Origin: Eledone cirrhosa
Taxonomy: Eukaryota
Direction of reading: 5' to 3'
NCBI GenBank assembly: GCA_964016885.1
Contig: OZ024741.1
Coordinates: forward strand, 414,284,001-414,348,000
DNA length: 64,000 nt
A program made the position numbers and the translations under genes. Position 1 is the stretch's first letter, and each line of letters opens with the position of its first letter. The notes beneath the pieces were generated by a model. It saw only the letters and a program-made list of their open reading frames with translations. It searched no databases and was not told where the DNA came from. Positions 39,644-50,320 of the stretch are shown piece by piece.

Positions 39644-40047
39644 ATAATTAACTGAAAATAATGCGAACAGATAAGCATGACATTTGAAAATTAATGCGAA
39701 TGCTAAAGGGTTAAGTGTCTTTATCTTATTTTATAAACTATTTTATAGCATCTCTGCACATGAGCACACCATTTATGTATAGATATAGATATATACATAT
39801 ATATATATAAGAAGCAAAGAAAATTTCAATGATATGAAAAATTTCCTGGTGGAAGTTCAGGTGTACTCTGGGTTGGTATCCAGTCTCAGGGTGAAAATCC
39901 AATCAGAAAATCCAACAAATTTTGAGAGGTCCACGTAAGCCTTGATATATATATATGTATGTAAAAGGTAAACAGAAATAACAACACAATCGGTACAGTA
40001 TATGGAAGGGATATATTAGGTTAACACTTGATATAACAGGAAGAGGG

Positions 40048-40083
40048 TCTTAACGTTTCGGACGCTAGTCCTTCATCAGAAGA
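40048..40083 (-). ncRNA. Minimal hammerhead ribozyme, canonical core
   Basis: Minus strand: tctt-CTGATGA-a-ggac(tagc)gtcc-GAAA-c-GTT-aaga; palindromic stem III aacgtt. Confidence 0.8.
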
Positions 40084-40223
40084 AAGAATGAGAAATAAGA
40101 TAGATTGAGGGGACGGGTGGGTTGGAATTGGAAAAAATGTCTTTAGATAAAAATAACAGGTCCTTCATGTTGACATCTCTTGCAAAACTGTTGGTGCTGG
40201 CGTTTTGTGTATGATTTATTTTA

Positions 40224-40390
40224 TATCATCATCATCATCATCATCATTTTACGTCCGCTTTTCCCTGCTTGCAAGGGTGGGACGGGAACTGATCCTGGCT
40301 TGATTTCTACATCTGGATGTCATATCTAACACCAACCTCATTTACAGTGAGTGGTGGGTGCTTTTTTCCCTACACATCCACTTTACAGTG
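40224..40390 (-). mobile_element. RTE 3' UTR remnant with (GAT)n tail
   Basis: Similar to 12840-13070. Confidence 0.75.
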
Positions 40391-40416
40391 GAATGATAGG
40401 GACCTCAGTCCCTATC

Positions 40417-40561
40417 ATCTCATTTCTACAGCTGAGTAAACTGGAGCAATGTGAAATAAAGTGTCTTGCTCAAGGAAACAACACATTACCCGGTCTGAGA
40501 ATTGAACTCACAACCTTTCAATTGCAAGGCCTATGCTCTAACCACTAAACCATGTGCCTCC

Positions 40562-40562
<1 letters not shown>
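40417..40562 (-). mobile_element. tRNA-derived SINE 5' part (Meta/CORE-like central domain)
   Basis: Minus strand A box TGGTTTAGTGG, B box GAGTTCAATTC, then GTGTTGTTTCCTTGAGCAAGACACTTTA. Confidence 0.8.
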
Positions 40563-40606
<44 letters not shown>

Positions 40607-40634
40607 CACACACACACACATATCTACATACATA

Positions 40635-40667
<33 letters not shown>

Positions 40668-40722
40668 CTACATATATATATATATATACGTAGTCACAGT
40701 AAGGTATAGATGATAATCCTAC

Positions 40723-40846
40723 CTGAAGCCATTGTAGTGATTGTTCTTGAACATAAGCGCTGCCATCGTGGAACCTCTCAGACACAAAATGGTACATCCG
40801 TTCCAGTGTAAATGGCAAAGGACACATATCAATGTCAAATGCTTTG
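40723..40846 (-). CDS. unc79: unc-79 internal coding exon (KAFDIDMCPLPFTLERMYHFVSERFHDGSAYVQEQSLQWLQ)
   Basis: tttgtttcacag| ... CAG|gtagg; 124 bp, phase 2 in, phase 0 out; resembles the recalled vertebrate UNC79 segment KMFDIELCPLPF...VQEQALLWLH. Confidence 0.88.
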
Positions 40847-41334
40847 CTGTGAAACAAATGAAATAACCAGAAGTAGACAAATTTTAGGATTTATCAAAGT
40901 TGGGGAGGGGGTGGAATTAGAAGTGTTCAAATCCAATAACTTCATAAGTTGGACTGGAATACTTTTGGTTGTAGCACCAGCACTACTATCTGACAGGGTG
41001 GACTAAGTGCTTTTTGTTGTGTCATCAGTACTGCCACCTTACATGGAGGACTGCAAGTTTTTGTCATAGCACCAGTACAACAATAGCAGATAAAAAATAT
41101 TATATTTCTCTTTGTAATGTTTAAATCCCAACACAGAATCATTACAATATCAGATAAAACACCCTTAGATACAGAAAATAAGTGACCAGTAGCCACTACA
41201 GAGAAGTGACATCTGTATCTCTTGAATTCTAGCCAGATGTGTTAACCTTGACACCAAATGGTGGCTGACAACAGTTTCTGTCTAAATCACAATAGTTTGA
41301 GGGTCATGTCAGGCTTCTGTCTGCTACTGATCCC

Positions 41335-42525
41335 ATGTAACCCAGTATGTTACTGGTACCATGTAACCCAATCTGCTACTAGTACCATGTAACCCAATCT
41401 GCTACTGGTACCATGTAACCCAATCTGCTACTGGTACTATGTAACCCAGTATATTACTGGTACCATATAACCCAATCTGCTACTGGTACCATGTAACGTA
41501 GTATATTACTGGTACCATGTAACCCAATCTGCGACTGGTACCATGTAACGTAGTATATTACTGGTACCATGTAACCCAATCTGCGACTGGTACCATGTAC
41601 CATAGTATATTACTGGTACCATGTAACCCAATCTGCGACTGGTACCATGTAACCCAATATATTACTGGTACCATGTAACCCAATCTGCTATTGGCACCAT
41701 GTAACCCAATCTGCTACTGGTACCATGTAACCCAGTATATTACTGGTACCATGTAACCCAATCTGCTACTGGTACCATGTAACCCAGTATATTACTAGTA
41801 CCATGTAATCCAATATATTACTGGTACCATGTAACCCAATCTGCTACTGGTACCATGTAACGTAGTATATTACTGGTACCATGTAACCCAATCTGCTACT
41901 GGTACCATGTAACCCAATCTGCTACTGGTACTATGTAACCCAGTATATTACTGGTACCATGTAACCCAATCTGCTACTGGTACCATGTAACCCAATCTGC
42001 TACCCATGTAACCCAATCTGCTACTGGTACCATGTAACCCAATCTGCTACTGGTACCATGTAACCCAATCTGCTACTGGTACCATGTAACCCAATCTGCG
42101 ACTGGTACCATGTAACCCAATCTGCTACCCATGTAACCCAATCTGCTACTGGTACCATGTAACCCAATCTGCTACTGGTACCATGTAACCCAATCTGCTA
42201 CTGGTACCATGTAACCCAATCTGCTACCCATGTAACCCAATCTGCTACTGGTACCATGTAACCCAATCTGCTACTGGTACCATGTAACCCAATCTGCTAC
42301 TGGTACCATGTAACCCAATCTGCGACTGGTACCATGTAACCCAATCTGCTACCCATGTAACCCAATCTGCTACTGGTACCATGTAACCCAATCTGCTACT
42401 GGTACCATGTAACCCAATCTGCTACTGGTACCATGTAACCCAATCTGCTACTGGTACCATGTAACCCAATCTGCGACTGGTACCATGTAACCCAATCTGC
42501 TACTGATACCATGTAATCCAGTATA
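41335..42525. repeat. 26-bp minisatellite (CTACTGGTACCATGTAACCCAATCTG), ~45 copies
   Basis: Direct reading; two variants (aatctgc / agtatat) and a 21-bp deletion variant. Confidence 0.95.
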
Positions 42526-42769
42526 ACCTGCTTCATGGTCGAGTGGTCGGCAACTAAACTGACTCCCCAACAAGGTCCTGGTTTGGTGAGGAGAGGAAGT
42601 GGAACCGCAGCAGCATAAAAACAAGAGCTGTTAAAAGGGGTGGATGAACTCCTCAGAGTTAATGGTCATCCACCCCAACTATGGGATAAATAGCCTCACC
42701 AACCTGTAACTGGTCAAGGGTGGTGATTACAGCTACACCCGCTGAAGACATGACCAAAACCAAACAGAA

Positions 42770-42990
42770 ACTGATGGAGGTCAACCAGAGAGAGGTTCCT
42801 TCAAACAGGAGAAGGTTCTGGATTGGATTGGAGATAAATCAGGGAAGGGTTCCACCAACAGGGGTGAGAAGGCCCTGGATTGTAGGTCAACCAGGGAGGG
42901 GTTCCTACTACAGGAGTGAGAACACCCTGGATTGGAGGTCAACCAGGGAGGGGTTCCACCAACAGGGGTCAGAAGGCCCTGGATTGGATT
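42770..42990. repeat. Degenerate ~55-bp tandem repeat, ~4 copies
   Basis: ggaggtcaaccagggaggggttcc...aacagg...gagaaggccctggattg recurs. Confidence 0.7.
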
Positions 42991-43015
42991 GATGAAAGAA
43001 ACTGTTTGGACTCAC

Positions 43016-43104
43016 TTTAATAGGACTTTTAATTCATTCAATTCATCCAGAGGGACTTCAGTGCGAATAGCCTCAAGCCAGTAGGGCATTACGTAATCCC
43101 ATAT
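43016..43104 (-). CDS. unc79: unc-79 internal coding exon (IWDYVMPYWLEAIRTEVPLDELNELKVLL)
   Basis: tttatttgtag| ... AA|gtgagt; 89 bp; AA + C of the next exon gives AAC (N), frame-compatible; WLEAIRTEVP recalled as a UNC79 motif. Confidence 0.9.
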
Positions 43105-43142
43105 CTACAAATAAAGATGGTGTTATTTCTGAGTTTCATCTT

Positions 43143-43514
43143 GACTAACAGATGTATTTACTGACAAACAGATGTATTTACTGTCTAACAGATGTGTTTA
43201 CTGACAAACAGATGTGTTTATGTCTAACAGATGTATTTACTGAGAAACAAATGTGTTTACTGTCTAACAGATGTATTTACTGACAAACAGATATGTTTAC
43301 TGTCTAAAAGATGTGTTTACTGTCTAACATATGTATTTACTGACTAATAAATGTGTTTACTGACTAACAAATGTGTTTACTGACTAACAAATGTGTTTAC
43401 TGACTAACAAATGTGTTTACTGACAAACAGATGTGTTTACTGTCTAACAGATGTGTTTACTGTCTAACAGATGTGTTTACTGACAAACAGATGTGTTTAC
43501 TGTCTAACAGATGT
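43143..43514. repeat. 20-bp minisatellite (ACTGACAAACAGATGTGTTT / ACTGTCTAACAGATGTGTTT), ~18 copies
   Basis: Direct reading. Confidence 0.93.
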
Positions 43515-43677
43515 AATGGTAGTGGCAGTGTTATTATTATTGAGCTACCTCAAATGTAATGATGTCATAGCAGTATTAGTATTAGTAGTGGTAGTGTCAA
43601 TGTTAGTTGTAGTATTAATAGTGGCCGTGTCAATGTTAGTTGTAGTATTAATAGTGGTGTTAGTATTATTGACCTAC

Positions 43678-43765
43678 CTCAAATGTAATGATGTCATAGG
43701 GTACCAAACAAAAGAAACAGTTTAACCCTTCCTTTATCTGAGTTGTACGTGTTGTTATGGTGTCC
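43678..43765 (-). CDS. unc79: unc-79 internal coding exon (DTITTRTTQIKEGLNCFFCLVPYDIITFE)
   Basis: ttctctctcccag| ... GAG|gtaggt; 88 bp; phase 0 into the next exon; KEGLN..CL.PY matches recalled UNC79 sequence. Confidence 0.85.
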
Positions 43766-44047
43766 CTGGGAGAGAGAATACAGAAGAAACAGGAAAGAAC
43801 TTTACAATATATGTCATCATCATCACAGTCATTGCCTCATCATCATCATCAACATCATTATCATCTTCAACATTATCATCACCACCCCCTTTCCATGGGT
43901 CCTTTGTTAGAGCCCCAGAGATCAGCTGTTGCTCCAACTGGCCATGCCTTCATCAATCTTTCCCTGCACCAATATTATCCAACATGTTCACAAAACTAAC
44001 AACCTTCATATATTCCACACAATTTAGAACACCTCAAATACCTTTAA

Positions 44048-44272
44048 CCCTTTCATTACCATATTTCTAATGAAATACACTATTTCAATTAATTAATGAA
44101 GACTTTTGAAGGATTTACTAAAATCATTAATTATTTCATTACTAAGATAAGTTAATCAAAGGTTCTTATATAAAATTATGTTGGAAGATTTTAATTTAAA
44201 TTGGAAACCTTTAAAGTGGTGGGTTAATCCATAAAACCAGAGCTGGTTTTGACTGGGTTGGTAACTAAAGGG
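44048..44272. mobile_element. piggyBac-type MITE (225 bp)
   Basis: TTAA|CCCTTTCATTACCA ... TGGTAACTAAAGGG|TTAA (TIRs match 12/14; TTAA on both sides). Confidence 0.8.
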
Positions 44273-47200
44273 TTAACTTGTCTAGGTTGGTAACTAAAGG
44301 GTTAACTTGTCCGGGATGGTAACTAAAGGGTTAATTTGACTGGGTTGGTAACTAAAGGGTTAACTTGACCGGGTTGGTAACTAAAGGGTTAACTTGACTG
44401 GGTTGGTAACTAAAGGGTTAACTTGACCGGGTTGGTAACTAAAGGGTTAACTTGACTGGGTTGGTAACTAAAGAGTTAAATTGACTGGGTTGGTAACTAA
44501 AGGGGTAACTTGTCCGGGTTGGTAACTAAAGGGTTAACTTGACCGGGTTGGTAACTAAAGGGTTAACTTGACCGGGTTGGTAACTAAAGGGTTAACTTGG
44601 ACAGGTTGGTAACTAAAGGGTTAACTTGACCGGGTTGGTAACTAAAGGGTTAACTTGACCGGGTTGGTAACTAAAGGGTTAACATGTCCAGGTTGGTAAC
44701 TAAAGGGTTAACTTGACTGGGTTGGTAACTAAAGGGTTAACTTGCCCGGGTTGGTAACTAAAGGGTTAACTTGACTGGGTGGTAACTGAAGGGTTAAATT
44801 GACTGGGTTGGTAACTAAAGGGGTAACTTGTCCGGGTTGGTAACTAAAGGCTTAACTTGACCTGTTGGTAACTAAAGGGTTAACATGACCGGGTTGGTAA
44901 TTAAAGGGTTAACTTGACCGGGCTGGTAACTAAAGGGTTGACTTGGCCAGGTTGGTAACTAAAGGGTTAACTTGGACAGGTTGGTAACTAAAGGGTTAAC
45001 TTGGCCAGGTTGGTAACTAAAAGGTTAACTTGACCAGGTTGGTAACGAAAGGGTTAACTTGACAAGGTTGGTAACTAAAGGGGTAACTTGGCCGGGTTGA
45101 TAACTAAAGGGTTAATTAGGCCAGGTTGGTAACTAAAGGGTTAACTTGGCCAGGTTGGTAACTAAAGGGTTAACTTGACCAGGTTGGTAACTAAAGGGTT
45201 AACTTGGCCAGGTTGGTAACTGAAGGGTTAACATGGCCAGGTTCGTAACTAAAGGGTTCACCTGGCCAGGTTGGTAACTAAAGGGGTAACTTGACCGGGT
45301 TGGTAACTAAAGGGTTAACTTAACCGGGTTAGTAACTAAAGGGTTAACTTCACCGGGTTGGTAACTAAAGGGTTAACTTGACAAGGTTGGTAACTAAAGG
45401 GTTAACTTGGTCAGATTTGTAACTAAAGGGTTAACTTGACCAGGTTGGTAACTAAAGGGTTAACCTGACCGGGTTGGTAACTAAAGGGTTAACTTGACCG
45501 GGTTGGTAACTAAAGGGTTAACTTGACCGGGTTGGTAACTAAAGGGTTAACTTGACCAGGTTGGTAACTAAAGGGTTAACTTGACCAGGTTGGTAACTAA
45601 AGGGTTAACTTGGCCGGGTTGGTAACTAAAGGGTTAACTTGGCCAGGTTGGTAACTAAAGGGTTAACTTGACCGGGTTGGTGACTAAAGGGTTAACTTGG
45701 CCAGATTTGTAACTAAAGGGTTAACTTGAGCGGGTTGGTAACTAAAGGGTTAACTTGGTCGGGTTGGTAAATAAAGGGTTAATTTGACCGGGTTGTTAAT
45801 TAAAGGGTTAACTTGACCAGGTTGGTAACTAAAGGGTTAACTTGACCGGGTTGGTAACTAAAGAGTTAACTTGGCCAGGTTGGTAACTAAAGGGTTAACT
45901 TGGCCAGGTTGGTAACTAGAGGGTTAACTTTGCCAGGTTGGTAACTAAAGGGTTAACTTGGCCAGGTTGGTAACTAAATGGTAACTTAGCCAGGTTGGTA
46001 ACTAAAGGGTTAACTTGCACAGGTTGGTAACTAAAGGGTTAACTTGACCGGGTTGGTAACTAAAGATTTAACTTGACCGGGTTGGTAACTAAAGGGTTAA
46101 CTTGTCCAGGTTGGTAACTAAAGGGTTAACTTGACCAGGTTGGTAACTAAAGGGTTAACTTTACCGGGTTGGTAACTAAAGGGTTAACTTGACTGGGTTG
46201 GTAACTAAAGGGGTAACTTGTCCGGGTTGGTAACTAAAGGGTTAACTTGACCAGGTTGGTAACTAAAGGGTTAACTTGACTGGGTTGGTAACTAAAGGCT
46301 TAACTTGACCTGTTGGTAACTAAAGGGTTAACATGACCGGGTTGGTAACTAAAGGGTTAACTTGACCGGGTTGGTGACTAAAGGGTTAACTTGGACAGGT
46401 TGGTAACTAAAGGGTTAACTTGACCGGATTGGTAACTAAAGGGTTAACTTGACCGGATTGGTAACTAAAGGGTTAACTTGGCCAGGTTGGTAACTAAAGG
46501 GTTAACTTGTCCGGGTTGGTAACTATAGGGTTAACTTGACCAGGTTGGTAACTAAAGGGTTAACTTGGTTGGGTTGGTAACTAAAGGGTTAACTTGACCG
46601 GGTTGGTAACTAAAGGGTTAATTTGACCAGGTTGGTAACGAAAGGGTTAACTTGACCGGGTTGGTAACGAAAGGGTTAACTTGACCAGGTTGGTAACTAA
46701 AGGGTTAACTTGGCCAGGTTGGTAACTAAAGGGTAACTTGTCCGGGTTGGTAACTATAGGGTTAACTTGACCAGGTTGGTAACTAAAGGGTTAACTTGGT
46801 CGGGTTGGTAACTAAAGGGTTAATTGGTCGGGTTGGTAACTAAAGGTTTAACTTGACCGGGTTGGTAACTAAAGGGTTAACTTGACCAGGTTGGTAACTA
46901 AAGGGTTAACTTGACCGGGTTGGTAACTAAAGGGTTAACTTGACCGGGTTGGTGACTAAAGGGTTAACTTGGCCAGGTTGGTAACTAACGGGTTAACTTG
47001 GCCAGGTTGGTAACTAAAGGGTTAACTTGGCCAGGTTGGTAACTAAAGGGTTAACTTGGTCAGGTTGGTAACTAAAGGGTTAACTTGGTCAAGTTGGTAA
47101 CTAAAGGGTTAACTTGACCACGTTGGCAACTAAATGGTTAACTTGGCCGGGTTGGTAACTAAAGGGTTAACTTGACCGGGTTGGTAACTAAAGGGTTAAC

Positions 47201-50200
47201 TTGGCCGGGTTGGTAACTAAAGGGTTAACTTGGGTCAGGTTGGTAACTAAAGGGTTAAATTGACCAGGTTGGTAACTAAAGGGTTAACTTGGCCAGGTTG
47301 GTAACTAAATGGTTAACATGACCAGGTTGGTAACTAAATGGTTAACTTGACCAGGTTGGTAACTAAAGGGTTAACTTGGCCAGGTTGGTAACTAAAGGGT
47401 TAACTTGGCCGGGTTGGTAACTAAAGGGTTAACTTGGCCGTGTTGGTAACTAAAGGGTTAACTTGGCCGGGTTGGTAACTAAAGGGTTAACTTGGCCGTG
47501 TTGGTAACTAAAGGGTTAACTTGGCCGGGTTGGTAACTAAAGGGTTAACTTGGTTGGGTTGGTAACTAAAGGGTTAACATGGCCAGGTTGGTAACTAAAG
47601 GGTTAACTTGACTGCGTTGGTAACTAAAGGGTTAACTTGGCCAGGTTGGTAACTAAAGGGTTAACATGGCCAGGTTGGTAACTAAAGGGTTAACATGGCC
47701 AGGTTGGTAACTAAAGGGTTAACTTGACCGGGTTGGTAACTAAAGGGTTAACTTGGCCGGGTTGGTAACTAAAGGGTTAACTTGACCGGGTTGGTAACTA
47801 AAGGGTTAACTTGACCGGGTTGGTAACTAAAGGGTTACCTTGACCGGGTTGGTAACTAAAGGGTTACCTTGACCGGGTTGGTAACTAAAGGGTTAACTTG
47901 GCCGGGTTGGTAATTAAAGGGTTAACTTCACCGGGTTGGTAACTAAAGGGTTAACTTGGCCGGGTTGGTAACTAAAGGGTTAACTTGGCCAGGTTGGTAA
48001 CTAAAGGTTTAACTTGGCCAGGTTGGTAACTAAAGGGTTAACTTGGCCAGGTTGGTAACTAAAGGGTTAACTTGGCCGGGTTGGTAACTAAAGGGTTAAC
48101 TAGACCGGGTTGGTAACTAAAGGGTTAACTTGGCCGGGTTTGTAACTAAAGGGTTAACTTGGCCGGGTTGGTAATTAAAGGGTTAACTTCACCGGGTTGG
48201 TAACTAAAGGGTTAACTTGACCGGGTTGGTGACTAAAGGGTTAACTTGGCCAGGTTGGTAACTAACGGGTTAACTTGGCCAGGTTGGTAACTAAAGGGTT
48301 AACTTGGCCAGGTTGGTAACTAAAGGGTTAACTTGGTCAGGTTGGTAACTAAAGGGTTAACTTGGTCAAGTTGGTAACTAAAGGGTTAACTTGACCACGT
48401 TGGCAACTAAATGGTTAACTTGGCCAAGTTGGTAACGAAAGGGTTAAATTGACCAGGTTGGTAACTAAAGGGTTAACTTGGCCAGGTTGGTAACTAAATG
48501 GTTAACATGACCAGGTTGGTAACTAAATGGTTAACTTGACCAGGTTGGTAACTAAAGGGTTAACTTGGCCAGGTTGGTAACTAAAGGGTTAACTTGGCCG
48601 GGTTGGTAACTAAAGGGTTAACTTGGCCGTGTTGGTAACTAAAGGGTTAACTTGGCCGTGTTGGTAACTAAAGGGTTAACTTGGCCGGGTTGGTAACTAA
48701 AGGGTTAACTTGGTTGGGTTGGTAACTAAAGGGTTAACATGGCCAGGTTGGTAACTAAAGGGTTAACTTGACTGCGTTGGTAACTAAAGGGTTAACTTGG
48801 CCAGGTTGGTAACTAAAGGGTTAACATGGCCAGGTTGGTAACTAAAGGGTTAACATGGCCAGGTTGGTAACTAAAGGGTTAACTTGACCGGGTTGGTAAC
48901 TAAAGGGTTAACTTGGCCGGGTTGGTAACTAAAGGGTTAACTTGACCGGGTTGGTAACTAAAGGGTTAACTTGACCGGGTTGGTAACTAAAGGGTTACCT
49001 TGACCGGGTTGGTAACTAAAGGGTTACCTTGACCGGGTTGGTAACTAAAGGGTTAACTTGGCCGGGTTGGTAATTAAAGGGTTAACTTCACCGGGTTGGT
49101 AACTAAAGGGTTAACTTGGCCGGGTTGGTAACTAAAGGGTTAACTTGGCCAGGTTGGTAACTAAAGGTTTAACTTGGCCAGGTTGGTAACTAAAGGGTTA
49201 ACTTGGCCAGGTTGGTAACTAAAGGGTTAACTTGGCCGGGTTGGTAACTAAAGGGTTAACTAGACCGGGTTGGTAACTAAAGGGTTAACTTGGCCGGGTT
49301 TGTAACTAAAGGGTTAACTTGGCCGGGTTGGTAATTAAAGGGTTAACTTCACCGGGTTGGTAACTAAAGGGTTAACTTGGCCGGGTTGGTAACTAAAGGG
49401 TTAACTTGGCCAGGTTGGTAACTAAAGGGTTAACTTGGCCAGGTTGGTAACTAAAGGTTTAACTTGGCCAGGTTTGTAACTAAAGGGTTAACTTGGCCAG
49501 GTTGGTAACTAAAGGGTTAACTTGGCCAGGTTGGTAACTAAAGGGTTAACTTGGCCAGGTTGGTAACTAAAGGTTTAACTTGGCAGGTTGGTAACTAAAG
49601 GGTTAACTTGGCCAGGTTGGTAACTAAAGGTTTAACTTGGCAGGTTGGTAACTAAAGGTTTAACTTGGCAGGTTGGTAACTAAAGGGTTAACTTGGCCAG
49701 GTTGGTAACTAAAGGTTTAACTTGGCAGGTTGGTAACTAAAGGTTTAACTTGGCAGGTTGGTAACTAAAGGGTTAACTTGGCCAGGTTGGTAACTAAAGG
49801 TTTAACTTGGCAGGTTGGTAACTAAAGGTTTAACTTGGCCAGGTTGGTAACTAAAGGTTTAACTTGGCCAGGTTGGTAACTAAAGGTTTAACTTGGCAGG
49901 TTGGTAACTAAAGGGTTAACTTGGCCAGGTTGGTAACTAAAGGTTTAACTTGGCAGGTTGGTAACTAAAGGGTTAACTTGGCCAGGTTGGTAACTAAAGG
50001 TTTAACTTGGCAGGTTGGTAACTAAAGGTTTAACTTGGCCAGGTTGGTAACTAAAGGTTTAACTTGGCCAGGTTGGTAACTAAAGGGTTAACTTGGCCAG
50101 GTTGGTAACTAAAGGTTTAACTTGGCAGGTTGGTAACTACAGGTTTAACTTGGCAGGTTGGTAACTAAAGGTTTAACTTGGCCAGGTTGGTAACTAAAGG

Positions 50201-50265
50201 TTTAACTTGGCCAGGTTGGTAACTAAAGGGTTAACTTGGCAGGTTGGTAACTAAAGGTTTAACTT
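44249..50265. repeat. 29-bp tandem satellite (TTGRCCRGGTTGGTAACTAAAGGGTTAAC), ~205-210 copies
   Basis: Direct reading; the unit equals the MITE right end + TTAA + C. Confidence 0.97.
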
Positions 50266-50320
50266 ACAAGGTATATAATATTTGACTCTCATTTACCTCC
50301 CCCCTTCCTCTTGTCTGCAA

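Larger units (their letters stand above)
37573..39710 (+). mobile_element. Decayed piggyBac DNA transposon
   Basis: TTAA|CCCTTTAGTGTTC ... GAATGCTAAAGGG|TTAA (TIRs match 11/13; TTAA at 37569-37572 and 39711-39714); transposase fragment inside. Confidence 0.88.

Noticed and set aside
44249-50265. CRISPR array or telomeric repeat
   Set aside because: Units are contiguous with only a few variable bases and no unique spacers; no cas genes; TAAAGGG is not tandem TTAGGG and is explained by a piggyBac end
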